Shown piece by piece: positions 46,401-55,500 of a stretch of DNA of 64,000 nt (the stretch's first letter is position 1; the number at the start of each line of letters is the position of its first letter). The stretch comes from Planctomycetota bacterium (GTDB lineage: Bacteria; Planctomycetota; PUPC01; DSUN01): positions 4,350 to 68,349 of the forward strand of contig DATKZY010000096.1 in NCBI GenBank assembly GCA_035527715.1, given 5' to 3'. The notes beneath the pieces were generated by a model, which was given only the letters and a program-made list of their open reading frames with translations, searched no databases and was not told where the DNA came from. Made by a program: the position numbers and the translations under genes.

Positions 46401-47437
46401 CCAAGGGTGCCCGCGCCATGCGCGGCAGCCTCAACTGCCGCAACTTCAAGTACGACTTCGCCAACCTCTTCGTCCAGAAAGTCGCCGAGAAGGACTCGCA
46501 GGACGCTGCCTTCGTCGCCCTCATCGAGCCCTTCGTCGGCGAGCCGTTCATCACCGGCAAACGGCTGCTCAACGTGCAGGTGGGCAACATGAACGGCACG
46601 CCGAAGAACCTGGGGAACGCGGCCTACAAGGCCGTCGCCGTCGAGGTGAAGACGGCGAATGGCCACACCGACATCTGTTTCGCCGATGGGCTGCCCTTTG
46701 TGGACCGCCTCATCCCGGAGGCCAAGATGCACCTGTCGGGCGAGTTCGCCTGCGTCTCGACCGACAAGGAGGGCTTGCGCCTGGCCACCCTTGCTGGCGG
46801 CATGCTCCTCGAAGCGCCGGGCATCAAGCTCGTGCCCGCCCAGCGCGTGCGGACGGGCAGGGTCGTGAAGGTGGATTACCTTACGAAGACGCTGTGGATT
46901 GACCAGCCCTGGCCCGCGAGCGCGCGGCCGAGCGTCTTCGAGATCGGCGTGCCCGGCCACTGGACCACCTACACGGCGCTCGACGTGAAGCCCGATGGGA
47001 ACCTGACCCGCATCACGGTCGAGAATGGCGCCGACTACTTCCGCTCGGGGATCGAAGAGATCAAGCCCGAGGAGGGCATTGTCCGCTGCGCCCTCGGCCC
47101 CACGATGGGCAACCGCCCCGGCATCAACAAGGGCTGGGTCGCCTCGGACGACGAGATGACGACCTTCTGGCGGGCCGACCTCGTGGGCGACAAGACGTTC
47201 AAGCTCACCGGCGCGCCCGTGACGAAGGAGGCGTTCGGCAAGGCGGGCGTCCTGCGCCTGTGGGAGTATGGCGTCGGCGACACCGTGCGCCAGAGCACGT
47301 TTGTCAACGTCCGCCGCACCGCCGCCGGCCAGTTCGAGCTGACCGCCGATGTAGATGTCACCATCACCCTCCCCGACGGCAAGCCGCGCACCGTCACCGC
47401 CAAGGAGCTGGACGCAGAGGGGAAGGTGCGATGGTAG
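43442..47437 (+). CDS. Large secreted heparinase II/III-like (polysaccharide lyase superfamily) protein, 1331 aa
   Basis: TTG start preceded by AGGAGG at an 8-nt spacing. Signal MSRTLTSLLAVMILASMLALTRA. GFGIGHQHADTMDLQVIAQG matches the Hepar_II_III GHxHxD...F.L...G motif. The stop TAG overlaps the first REP. Confidence 0.8.
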   Translation: MSRTLTSLLAVMILASMLALTRAGEYDTGGALAGYRLPPFPTQHGEKPGQPGELPGKHDSDPLAPCFELNPGSPELYRNYWFKYCPSRSFFDRQSKLKGWVAPNIPGAAKAEDYATPLYWVPRHEAVVNTGLKWKALPVVRCSVGSPVLKLDLGELEIGVYAIRLVAAVPTEQLKPFRTPLYVRAKINDGPKGATNTYRLRLGYCDEFYSIAEIYFHADEKRRFNAEVAVDEGSGVEMLLHEISLDDALAGVERRAIKSRTTLPEARPPAPSNVEPPKEQRLSRDAEVWLAFPHDNAQAFGHGWMGGDEHTLRRNVAIGVPGKTAREIADEFGDWRPGKGDVFLVNKKLQLEYTVADYRKGLPLPAPYPYRDDGAGLFFPDPADPGKGHLWAPIANEVQSRFRNYCGTLVRRNVDKFLKTGDTNAAREAAVALARWAYAFPTIDAANFLLYVTRDPGPYGRDIRCRRRDSTATFYPHYPLYVDPILYDYDRLFDFIKGNAELAESIGRFVPWVKTPQDVVKLIDAYLVQTTAKRILRYHYYTDPMDIANAAAVVGDTKVTDPWMEWLFSKTFIYPLPPVGIADAMITGCCRDGCEYIGSTFYAGGEGASRVAESLERYLTAGGNRKYDLSDKARYPKPVAHCTWRLKNVVAGWDFVRIGDVCGPDKVAGHTLRDLGFARNGWEWTADPRFAFILKHTIGRKEESDDDWAKIEAAAAKLKRAPWLDLRSRVMPMWAGVLESGLEHDDPRFRRAAYVRVGFGIGHQHADTMDLQVIAQGCPATMDGGQRPGYSSPGDGTTRVHNVVEVDGKGFQGYSWVRALADTPGARYLAAEAEPPEGATLFRRQVALIDVDEGQGSKPLPIEAQKPGSKLPAGVTPANSYVFDVFRVAGGKTHTYCFHATVEDDFQWNVADAKPVAEDDASEVGQYLDRFKSLPQKRFAGTAPDLLEATWRQTREPRLFGNEGMHRRPNFSDDLPRRFTRLHLLDAKGARAMRGSLNCRNFKYDFANLFVQKVAEKDSQDAAFVALIEPFVGEPFITGKRLLNVQVGNMNGTPKNLGNAAYKAVAVEVKTANGHTDICFADGLPFVDRLIPEAKMHLSGEFACVSTDKEGLRLATLAGGMLLEAPGIKLVPAQRVRTGRVVKVDYLTKTLWIDQPWPASARPSVFEIGVPGHWTTYTALDVKPDGNLTRITVENGADYFRSGIEEIKPEEGIVRCALGPTMGNRPGINKGWVASDDEMTTFWRADLVGDKTFKLTGAPVTKEAFGKAGVLRLWEYGVGDTVRQSTFVNVRRTAAGQFELTADVDVTITLPDGKPRTVTAKELDAEGKVRW

Positions 47438-48175
47438 GGCGTGCATACTTGCACGCGGAACGAATTGGGGTGACCTCGGCTATCGAAGATTCCGCGTGCA
47501 GGTATGCACGCCCTACCAAGGAGACCGGGCATGCCGCAATATCGCAGGTGGCGGGTCGAGGGCGGCATGTACTTCCTGACGGTTGTGACCCATGAACGGC
47601 GGCGAGTCTTCGCCGCGGAGTGGACGCGACAACTGCTCCGCGAGGCGATCTCAAAGGTGCGAGCCATTCGACCCTTTGAGGTGACGGCGATGGCTCTCAT
47701 GCCCGATCACTTCCACATGCTCTGGCAACTCCCCGATGGTGACGACGATTTCTCAACGCGTCTCGGCTCCATCAAGTACGCGTTCACCCGCGCATACTTG
47801 GCAGCCGGTGGGGAGGAAGGCGCGACAAGCGTGGGGCGGACTCGCCACAGGAATCGCGGGGTGTGGCAGAAGCGGTTCCACGAGCACCGCATCCGCGATG
47901 ACCAGGACTTCACCCGGCATGTGGAGTACATCCACTACAATCCCGTGAAGCACGAATACGCGGATTCCCCGGCGAAGTGGCCGTGGTCGAGCTTCCACCG
48001 TTACGTGAAGCTCGGGCTCTACGGCGAGCAGTGGTGTGACCCGGAGAACGCCGCTGAACTCGGGCCAGAGCCGGGCTTTGAGTGAAGCACGGTAGGGCGT
48101 GCATACTTGCACGCGGAACGAATCGGCGCCGGCGCCAGGGACAAGGGATTCCGCGTGCAAGTATGCACGCCCTAC
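47434..48175 (+). mobile_element. REP-RAYT unit: a tyrosine transposase gene flanked on each side by a convergent pair of REP hairpins
   Basis: REPs at 47434-47461 (+), 47489-47516 (-), 48092-48119 (+) and 48148-48175 (-), all variants of GTAGGGCGTGCATACTTGCACGCGGAAC, which contains the hairpin CGTGCA-TACT-TGCACG. The RAYT CDS lies between them. Confidence 0.85.
47531..48085 (+). CDS. REP-associated tyrosine transposase (RAYT, IS200/IS605 Y1 family)
   Basis: HuH motif PDHFHMLW and the catalytic Tyr block EYIHYNPVKH. 184 aa. Confidence 0.85.
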   Translation: MPQYRRWRVEGGMYFLTVVTHERRRVFAAEWTRQLLREAISKVRAIRPFEVTAMALMPDHFHMLWQLPDGDDDFSTRLGSIKYAFTRAYLAAGGEEGATSVGRTRHRNRGVWQKRFHEHRIRDDQDFTRHVEYIHYNPVKHEYADSPAKWPWSSFHRYVKLGLYGEQWCDPENAAELGPEPGFE

Positions 48176-48192
48176 CGAAGAGGGAAGAGCTG

Positions 48193-49344
48193 ATGGCAAT
48201 GGACTTCGCGGCCCACAACGCCGAGGTGAAAGAGGTGTGGAAGCGCTTCCGCGACGGGAAGCCCTCGCGGGTGCCGATGGTGCTCGGCATCTCGTCGCGC
48301 TTCACGATCCTCAACCCCGCCATCAACACGAAGAGCGTCGCCTACGAGGAGTACTTCAACGACCCCGACGTGATGTTCGAGACGCAGCTCCGCCACCAGC
48401 ACTGGATTCGCCACAACCTGGTCCAGGACGCCGAGATGGGCCTGCCCGAGGCGTGGACGGTGAGCGTGGATTTCCAGAACAGCTACGAGGCGCTCTGGTG
48501 GGGCGCGCCGCTGCGGTTCATCGAGGGCAACGTGCCCGACTCGCCGCCCTGCATCACCGACGCGACGAAGGCGGCCTTCATCGCCCGCGGCATCCCAAGC
48601 CCTTTCGGCGGCTGGATGGGGCGGAACTGGGACTATCTCGAGCACTTCAAGGAGCGGGGGAAGAGCTACGAGTTCTGCGGCCGGCCCGTGAAGGCCGGCT
48701 CGCCGACCGGCTGCGGCACCGACGGGCCGTTCACCATCGCCTGCGCGCTGCGCGGCCCGACCGGCATCTGCCTCGACATGTACGCCGACCCCGCCTTCTA
48801 CCACGGCCTGATGAGCCTGCTCGTCGAGGGGGCGATCCGCCGCATCCGCGCCTATCGCGAGCGGCTCGGGCAGCCGGTCGAGAGCAAGGCCTGGGGCTTC
48901 GCCGACGACAGCATCGCGCTCCTCTCGCTGGACACCTACCGTGAGCTTGTGCTACCTTACCACAAGCGGCTCATCGAGGCGTTCGGCCCGGAGGGGCCGA
49001 ACTCGATTCACCTGTGCGGCGACGCGACGCGCCACTTCAGGACCATCCGCGACGAGTTGAAGGTGACGAGCTTCGACACCGGCTTCCCCGTGGACCACGG
49101 GGCGCTGCGGCGCGAGTTGGGGCCTGACGTGACGATTCAGGGCGGGCCGCACGTCGAGCTGCTGCGGACGGGCAGGCCGCGAGCCGTCCGCTCCGAGGCG
49201 AAGCGCATCCTGCGTTCGGGCGTGATGGCGGGCGGCAAGTTCGTGCTGCGCGAGGGGAACAACCTCGCCCCCTTCACCCCCGTCGCCAACGTCGCGGCCA
49301 TGTACGCCGCGTGCAAGGAGTTTGGCAGGTACGAGTCCACGTGA
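48193..49344 (+). CDS. URO-D family protein, paralogue 3
   Basis: MAMDFAAHNAEVKEVWKRFRDGKPSRVPM. RBS AGGGAAGAG. 383 aa. Confidence 0.75.
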   Translation: MAMDFAAHNAEVKEVWKRFRDGKPSRVPMVLGISSRFTILNPAINTKSVAYEEYFNDPDVMFETQLRHQHWIRHNLVQDAEMGLPEAWTVSVDFQNSYEALWWGAPLRFIEGNVPDSPPCITDATKAAFIARGIPSPFGGWMGRNWDYLEHFKERGKSYEFCGRPVKAGSPTGCGTDGPFTIACALRGPTGICLDMYADPAFYHGLMSLLVEGAIRRIRAYRERLGQPVESKAWGFADDSIALLSLDTYRELVLPYHKRLIEAFGPEGPNSIHLCGDATRHFRTIRDELKVTSFDTGFPVDHGALRRELGPDVTIQGGPHVELLRTGRPRAVRSEAKRILRSGVMAGGKFVLREGNNLAPFTPVANVAAMYAACKEFGRYEST

Positions 49345-49368
49345 CGCGCTCTTTGAAAGGAGGACGCG

Positions 49369-50553
49369 ATGGACTGGGTGATGTATCTGCGGCTGTGCCT
49401 GGTGGTGTTCCTTCAGTTCGCCATCTGGGGGGCGTGGTCGCCGGTGCTGGCGGCGCGGCTGTTCGGGCCGCTGAAGTTCACCGGCAAGCAGGTGGGGTGG
49501 ACGTATGGCACGATGTATCTCGGCTGCATCGTGGCGCCGCTCATCGGCGGGCTGATCACCGACCGCTGGGTCGCGACCCAGTGGTTTCTCGCGGCGGCCC
49601 ACCTGGCGGGCGGCGTGCTGCTGCTCCTGGCCGCGACGAAGACGACGTTCCGCAGCCTGTTCGTCGTGATGTGCGGCTACGCCCTCGCGTTCGCGCCGAC
49701 GTTGCCGCTGCTGAACTCGCTGGTGTTCCGCCACGTGACCGCAGCGGGCACGACCTTCTTCGCCGTCACCGTCTGGGGCGTCGTTGCCTGGGTGCTCGCA
49801 GGATGGGGGCTCACGGCGTGGCGGAAGGCGAAGGGCGCGGGCGACGGCAGCGACTGCCTGAAGCTGGCGGGCGGGCTGTCGCTGCTGCTGGCGGCCTACT
49901 GCCTGTTCCTGCCGCACACGCCGCCGCCCGAGACGCCCGGCGAGGTGTTGCCCTTCCTCAAGGCGTTCGGGCTGCTCAGCGACCCCAACTTCCTCGTCTT
50001 CCTCGTCGTCGCGTTCGTGGTCGCCACGCAGCTCCAGTTCTACTTCCTCGGCACCGCGCCGTTCCTGGGCGAGTTGGGGGTCGAGAGCAAGAACATGCCG
50101 GCCGTGATGTCCATCGCCCAGGCCGCGCAGGTGCTGGCAACGCTGTTTGTGGCCTTCAACGAGAAGTGGGTGCTGGAGGCGCTGGGGTTCCGCTGGACTC
50201 TTGCCCTGGGCGTGGCGATGTGGGGGGTGCTCTACGCGGTCTACGCGCTGGGGCGGCCGAAGCCGCTGGTGCTCGCGGCGCAGTCGCTGCACGGCATGGC
50301 CTATGCCTTCTTCATCGGCATCGGGTTCATCTACGTGAACCAGGCGGCGACGGCGGACTTCTCGGCCTCGGCGCAGGCGCTGCTGACGGTGAGCCTGTTC
50401 GGCTTCGGCTTCTTCGGGGGCACGCAGCTCACGGGCGTGGTGATGGATGCCTTGAAGGCGGAGGGGAAGTTCCGCTGGCGCCCGATCTTCCTGGTGCCGT
50501 GCGTGGTGACGCTGGCCGCTGCGGTGGCGTTCGTCAGCCTGTTCCGCGGGTAG
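49369..50553 (+). CDS. MFS transporter (nucleoside:H+ symporter-like, 12 TM)
   Basis: 12 predicted TM helices with MFS-like organisation. Confidence 0.85.
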   Translation: MDWVMYLRLCLVVFLQFAIWGAWSPVLAARLFGPLKFTGKQVGWTYGTMYLGCIVAPLIGGLITDRWVATQWFLAAAHLAGGVLLLLAATKTTFRSLFVVMCGYALAFAPTLPLLNSLVFRHVTAAGTTFFAVTVWGVVAWVLAGWGLTAWRKAKGAGDGSDCLKLAGGLSLLLAAYCLFLPHTPPPETPGEVLPFLKAFGLLSDPNFLVFLVVAFVVATQLQFYFLGTAPFLGELGVESKNMPAVMSIAQAAQVLATLFVAFNEKWVLEALGFRWTLALGVAMWGVLYAVYALGRPKPLVLAAQSLHGMAYAFFIGIGFIYVNQAATADFSASAQALLTVSLFGFGFFGGTQLTGVVMDALKAEGKFRWRPIFLVPCVVTLAAAVAFVSLFRG

Positions 50554-50568
50554 GGCCGCGACAGGCTC

Positions 50569-51432
50569 CTAGCGCCCCTCGCCGCCGCGGACCTGGATCT
50601 GGGCCACGCGGGCGCGGATGCGCAACTCGGCCCTCGCGGGGTCGTGGGTGAGCTTCTCGTTGGGGTTGCCCGCGGCCCGGAGCAGCGCGGGCAGGGCCGA
50701 GGAGGCGGCCGGCCCGATGGCGCCCAGGGCCGTCGCCGCGTTCGAGCGCACCGAGTAGTCGGGGTCGCCCTCCAAGGCGTCCACCAGGGCGCCCACCGCG
50801 GGCGCCGCGGTTGGGCCCAGCTTCGCCAGCGCCGAGGCCGCATGGAAGCGCGCGGCCGGCAAGCGGGACCGCAGGGCGGCGGCCAGCGCCGGGAGGGCCG
50901 AGGCCCCGATGGCCTTCATCGCCTTGCCCACCGCCTGCGAGAACTCGATCTCGCACGACCGCCGCGCCATCGCGTTGAGCAGCGCGGGCACGGCCTCGTA
51001 GGCCCGCGGCCCCAGGGCCGCGAGAGCGTGCGCCGCCTCCACCCGCGAGCGCAGGTCCCCCGCGCGCAGTCGGGCCGCCAGCCGTTGCACGGTGCTGTCC
51101 GCATACCGCACGGGCGGCGGCACCACGATCACGTCGCGCGAGACCGACCCGGCCGTGGTGACGCGCGAGGGGCCTTGCCCCGTCGCGCCGTCGCCTCCGC
51201 CCCCGCGGCACACCAGCCACACGATGCCCAGAGCCGCCAGCACCCCGGCGCCCACTGCCGCCGCGATGATCGGCCGCCGCGAGCGCTGCGCCTCGCGCCG
51301 CCGCCGCTCGCGCAGGCCGCGAATGCCGCGTAGCGGACGCTCCTCGCCCCGGGGCGGCCGCGACGCCGCGCCCCGACTCTCCGCAGGCGCCCCTCTGCTC
51401 CGATGAACGCGGTCTCGGCCAGCCACTATCAA
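50569..51432 (-). CDS. Membrane-anchored HEAT-repeat (PBS-lyase-like) protein
   Basis: N-terminal TM PIIAAAVGAGVLAALGIVWLV, then repeated A..ALG.IGP.A..ALP.LL.A motifs. The start is uncertain. Confidence 0.55.
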   Translation of the reverse strand: MIVAGRDRVHRSRGAPAESRGAASRPPRGEERPLRGIRGLRERRRREAQRSRRPIIAAAVGAGVLAALGIVWLVCRGGGGDGATGQGPSRVTTAGSVSRDVIVVPPPVRYADSTVQRLAARLRAGDLRSRVEAAHALAALGPRAYEAVPALLNAMARRSCEIEFSQAVGKAMKAIGASALPALAAALRSRLPAARFHAASALAKLGPTAAPAVGALVDALEGDPDYSVRSNAATALGAIGPAASSALPALLRAAGNPNEKLTHDPARAELRIRARVAQIQVRGGEGR

Positions 51433-51438
51433 TGCCTC

Positions 51439-53190
51439 TCAGTCAATCCTGAATGTCAGAGTCATTTGCCGGTCGAGTCGTGCAGGCACGAACGCGATGC
51501 GGGTGACCACGGCGTGCTCGCGGCCCTCCTTCGATTCCTCGACGAGTCGCTCCGCGGCGAACCTGCCCGGCGCGCCCGCGCTCGCAATGGTGAGCGAGCG
51601 GCGGCCCTTGCCCACGACGGCCGCCCGCCCGCCCCGCGCGATCCGCACCGGCTCGAAGGTGATGAACGCCTCCTCGATGCTGCGGGGCGTGCGCGAGAAG
51701 GCATAGTCGTCGCGGAGCTCCAGGCCGCCGTCCGCCGCGAGCGTGAAGCGGCGGACGAGGCGCTGGAGGGTCTTCTCGTCGTAGGCGTGCGTTGCGTCTA
51801 TTGTAGCGCACTTGGTGCCCGAGCCGTTTAGGCCCTCGACGGCCAGCGTGCCGTGGTGCTGTGCGCCGGGCGGCTGCTCCTTGCCGTTGATGCGGGGCAC
51901 GGAGTGGCCGCGCGAGCGGCAGAAGAGGATTTCGTAGCGCTTCGGCCCAAAGGTCTTCGCGGTGTACCTGGGCGCCCCCGGGTCGGTCAGCAGGCAGGCG
52001 CCGTGCTTGTGGAGGATGAAGCTGCCGATGTCGTTGTGGTTGTGCGGCACGTCGTTGCGCCCGGCGAGGGCCAGCAGCGTGGTGCCCGCCGCGCGGAGCT
52101 TCACCATGCCGAGGTCGGGCAGCAGGTAATCGCCCGTATCGGGCTTGCCCGCGACCCTCTCGCCGTTGTAGAGGAGCAAGCCGCGCCAGCTTGCGACCGC
52201 CAGGCGGCCATCCTCGGTGTGGGCCGCGACCTCGTACAGCTCGGGGATGCGCAGGAAGCGGTTGATCTGGAGGGCGCTCTCGGCGCTGAGATAGCCGTTC
52301 GAGCTGTCGGCGAAGGTCGAGCGCAGCGGCCCCTCGATGTGCGCGGCCAGCGGGTAGCGGCAGATGCGCTCGATGTGCTCGCCCTGCACCAGGTTCAGCT
52401 TCCCGCCCGTGCGGTGGTGAAGGACGACGGCCGCGTCGAGGAAGTGGCCGAAGCCGTAGTTCCAGTAGCTCGGCCCCTCGAGGCAGCCGCCGTCGGCCGC
52501 GAAGCCCTGGATCGCATAGTCGAGCCGCTGCACGAGCGGGTGGATGAACGCGGCGAGCTGCCCCACGTCGCGGATGCAGTAGAGCGCCGTCGTGAGCAGG
52601 TTCGCGTTGCACACGTGATTCCAGTTCATCGTCACCGTCCACCAGCCGTCGGGGCGCGTCCAGTCGTGGAGGGCGTTGAGGGCGCGGCGCTCGAGCTCGG
52701 CGCCCACGCGCTGCATCACCTCGTCCTCGAGCTGGCCGTCGAGCATCCAGAGGATTTCGGCGAGCAGGCGGGCGATGTGCGACGAGCCGAGGTCAATCGT
52801 GCACCGCTCGTGGGCCGGCCAGATCCAGCTCGTCGTCTCGCACCAGGCCCAGAGCAGGTCCTGGAGCAGGTCGAGGTCGGCGGCGGGGTGGCCGAGCCAG
52901 AGGGCGAGGGCGGCCTGCTCGGTGCGCTGGGCCCGGCCGCGCAGCGCGGCCTCGCCGACGGTGCGGCTGCCGGTGCGGCGGTAGTCGCGATACTCCGACC
53001 GCTTGACGGCAGGGATGGGCTTCTGGGGGTCCAGCTCGCGGCCGAGGCGCTGCCAGATTCCCAGCTTCTTCGCCCACTGCCGCGCCTTCGCCCTGGCCTT
53101 GGCGTCGCGAAGCCCTGGCCAGGCCGGCAGGCCCATGTGGGGCGTGAGCATCTGGGCGAGTTCGTGAACCGTCGTGGATTCAAGGATCAT
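51439..53190 (-). CDS. Heparinase II/III-like protein
   Basis: PHNHNDIGSFILHKHG matches the heparinase II/III signature. Start at MILESTTVHELA (CAT at 53188-53190), with AGGAGCG 6 nt upstream. Confidence 0.75.
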   Translation of the reverse strand: MILESTTVHELAQMLTPHMGLPAWPGLRDAKARAKARQWAKKLGIWQRLGRELDPQKPIPAVKRSEYRDYRRTGSRTVGEAALRGRAQRTEQAALALWLGHPAADLDLLQDLLWAWCETTSWIWPAHERCTIDLGSSHIARLLAEILWMLDGQLEDEVMQRVGAELERRALNALHDWTRPDGWWTVTMNWNHVCNANLLTTALYCIRDVGQLAAFIHPLVQRLDYAIQGFAADGGCLEGPSYWNYGFGHFLDAAVVLHHRTGGKLNLVQGEHIERICRYPLAAHIEGPLRSTFADSSNGYLSAESALQINRFLRIPELYEVAAHTEDGRLAVASWRGLLLYNGERVAGKPDTGDYLLPDLGMVKLRAAGTTLLALAGRNDVPHNHNDIGSFILHKHGACLLTDPGAPRYTAKTFGPKRYEILFCRSRGHSVPRINGKEQPPGAQHHGTLAVEGLNGSGTKCATIDATHAYDEKTLQRLVRRFTLAADGGLELRDDYAFSRTPRSIEEAFITFEPVRIARGGRAAVVGKGRRSLTIASAGAPGRFAAERLVEESKEGREHAVVTRIAFVPARLDRQMTLTFRID

Positions 53191-53398
53191 CCGAGCGCTC
53201 CTGAGAGGTGTGCCACGGAGCGACAGTATAGCATGTTCCGGCAGGAATGCCAGAGGAGAGGGCCGCGCGACCGCCTTAGCGCTTGACACAGCGGCGCCCG
53301 TTGGCTACGCTAGGGGAGGACGCAGCCCCGCCCGATGGCTGGGGCGTTGGCTCGAGCGCCCGTCGCCACCGTGCGGCGGGCAGAAAGGAGGCGGGACG

Positions 53399-53824
53399 AT
53401 GCGTGGATGGATTGCTGTGGCGATGGGGGGCGTGATGGCGCTGGCACTCCTGGCCGGCTGCGGCGAGGAGACGCCCACGCCCACGCCGAAGCCGAAGACC
53501 GGGCCGACGAAGGTGGACACGGCGAAGGACGCGCCGGCCAAGGCTGCCGCCGGCATCACCCTCTGCGGCAAGTGCGGCCAGGTCAAGGACTCCGACGTCT
53601 GCTGCAAGGCCGGCGCCGAGATCTGCGAGAAGTGCGGCCTGGTCGTCGGCTCGCCCGGCTGCTGCCGCATCAAGAAGGGCGACGACGTGACCCTGTGCAC
53701 CAAGTGCGGCCAGATCCTGGGCTCCGACCTCTGCTGCAAGGCCGACGCGGTGAAGTGCGAGGGCTGCGGCCTCGCCAAGGACTCGCCCGGCTGCTGCCGC
53801 ATCAACAACCTCGCGACAAAGTAG
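53399..53824 (+). CDS. Cys-rich tandem-repeat lipoprotein (2 x 8 Cys; putative metal-binding)
   Basis: Signal plus lipobox MRGWIAVAMGGVMALALLAGCG. Two roughly 38-aa repeats of LCxKCGQxxxSDxCCKAxAxxCExCGLxxxSPGCCRI. Confidence 0.65.
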   Translation: MRGWIAVAMGGVMALALLAGCGEETPTPTPKPKTGPTKVDTAKDAPAKAAAGITLCGKCGQVKDSDVCCKAGAEICEKCGLVVGSPGCCRIKKGDDVTLCTKCGQILGSDLCCKADAVKCEGCGLAKDSPGCCRINNLATK

Positions 53825-53851
53825 CACACGACGAAGTCCGCACCCGCCTCT

Positions 53852-53888
53852 GCGCGGCGCCGCCGCTCTCAGCGCGGCGGCGCCGCGC
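53852..53888 (+). terminator. GC-rich perfect hairpin GCGCGGCGCCGCCGC-tctca-GCGCGGCGGCGCCGCGC
   Basis: 15-bp stem immediately after the lipoprotein stop. There is no T-run. Confidence 0.4.
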
Positions 53889-53917
53889 ATGACCGCCCTC
53901 TTGCAGGAGCCGGCCGC

Positions 53918-55219
53918 ATGAGGCGCTGCTCGCGCGCAAGCCGCCGCCAGTTCCTCAAGGCGCTCGGCGCGGCGATGGCCGCGCCCGTCGTCGTGCCCGC
54001 CCGCGTGCTGGGCGCCGCGGCACCCAGCAACCGGATCAACGTCGGCATGATCGGCATGGGGCGCCAGGCCCTCTATGCCAACCTGCGGCCATTCCTCGGC
54101 TCGCCCGACACCCGCGTCGCCGCCGTGTGCGACGTGGATGCCGCCCGCCTCAAGACCGCCCTCGAGGCCGTCGAGAAGCACTACGCCGCGGCCAACGTGT
54201 GCACGGCCCACCGCGACTTCCGCGAGTTGCTCGCCCGGGCCGACGTGGATGCCGTGATGATCTCCACCCCCGACCACTGGCACGTGCCGCAGGCCATCGC
54301 CGCCGTGCGGGCGGGCAAGCACGTGTCGAGCGAGAAGCCCACCACGCTCAGCATCGCCGAGGGCCGCCTGCTGTGCGACGAGGTGGCCCGCCACCAGCGC
54401 GTCTTCCGCACCGACAGCGAGTTTCGCTCGATCGCCGTCTTCCGCCGCGCCTGCGAGCTCGTGCTCAACGGCCGCATCGGCAAGCTCCACACCATCCGCA
54501 CCGGCGTGCCCGGCGGCGACTCCGCCTGCCCGCACCAGCCCACGACGCCCGTGCCCGACGGGCTGGACTACGCGATGTGGCTCGGCCCCGCGCCCGAGGC
54601 GCCCTACACCGAGCGCCGAGTCCACCCCGCCAGCGGCTACGGCCGCCCAGGCTGGATGTGCATCCGCGACTACTGCGACGGCAAGATCTCCAACTGGGGC
54701 ACACACCTGAACGACATCGCCCAGTGGGGCCACGGCACCGACCGGACCGGCCCCGTCGAGGTCGAGGGCCGCGGCGACTACCCCGCCGACGGCCTGTGGA
54801 ACGTCCTCCTGCGCTTCGAGGTCCGCTACAAGTTCGCCGACGGCGTGGACATGATCTACAAGTCCGACGGCGCCTACGTGCGCTTCGAGGGCGCCGACGG
54901 CTGGGTGCACGCCACCTACGGCGGCAAGGGGCTCGACGCCCAGCCCAAGTCGCTCCTCACCGAGGTCATCGGCCCGAGCGAGATCCGCCTGCCGACCCGC
55001 AGCGACAAGGAGGACTTCATCTGGGCCATCAAGCACCACGCCGAGACGATGGAGCCGGCCGAGGTGGGCCACCGCACCAACTCGCTGTGCCAACTCGGCC
55101 TCCTCTCGATTGACCTCGGCCGCAAGCTGCGCTGGGACCCCGCCCGCGAGTGCTTCCCCGACGAGCCCGAGGCCAACCGCCTCCTCTCCCGCCCCTTGCG
55201 CGCCCCGTGGGGGCTGTGA
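53918..55219 (+). CDS. Gfo/Idh/MocA-family oxidoreductase with a Tat signal
   Basis: RRQFLKALGAAMAAP Tat motif. Rossmann segment INVGMIGMG...VAAVCD, then EKP (the family's conserved motif) and the C-terminal alpha/beta domain. Confidence 0.85.
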   Translation: MRRCSRASRRQFLKALGAAMAAPVVVPARVLGAAAPSNRINVGMIGMGRQALYANLRPFLGSPDTRVAAVCDVDAARLKTALEAVEKHYAAANVCTAHRDFRELLARADVDAVMISTPDHWHVPQAIAAVRAGKHVSSEKPTTLSIAEGRLLCDEVARHQRVFRTDSEFRSIAVFRRACELVLNGRIGKLHTIRTGVPGGDSACPHQPTTPVPDGLDYAMWLGPAPEAPYTERRVHPASGYGRPGWMCIRDYCDGKISNWGTHLNDIAQWGHGTDRTGPVEVEGRGDYPADGLWNVLLRFEVRYKFADGVDMIYKSDGAYVRFEGADGWVHATYGGKGLDAQPKSLLTEVIGPSEIRLPTRSDKEDFIWAIKHHAETMEPAEVGHRTNSLCQLGLLSIDLGRKLRWDPARECFPDEPEANRLLSRPLRAPWGL

Positions 55220-55500
55220 CCGCCCCAGTTCGAGATCGTGTGGCACGCATGTCTATGTTTCCCAAGTACTTCGGCGTCTGATAAATCCGACGCACGTAGA
55301 GGGGCCTGGGACGCGACTTCGGGGGCACATGAGACCTACGGGTCATTGGGGCCTGCTTGGCCTTGGCCGCCCGGCTGCAAGTGTATATGTTCACTGCGCT
55401 TGCGGCGCCGGGTCTTTCGCCCGAGTTTGCTCCGCGCGACGCGTCCTGGGCCAAATTTGGCATTAACGAGTCTTCATCGGAACCGACAGCACAGGGCCGG

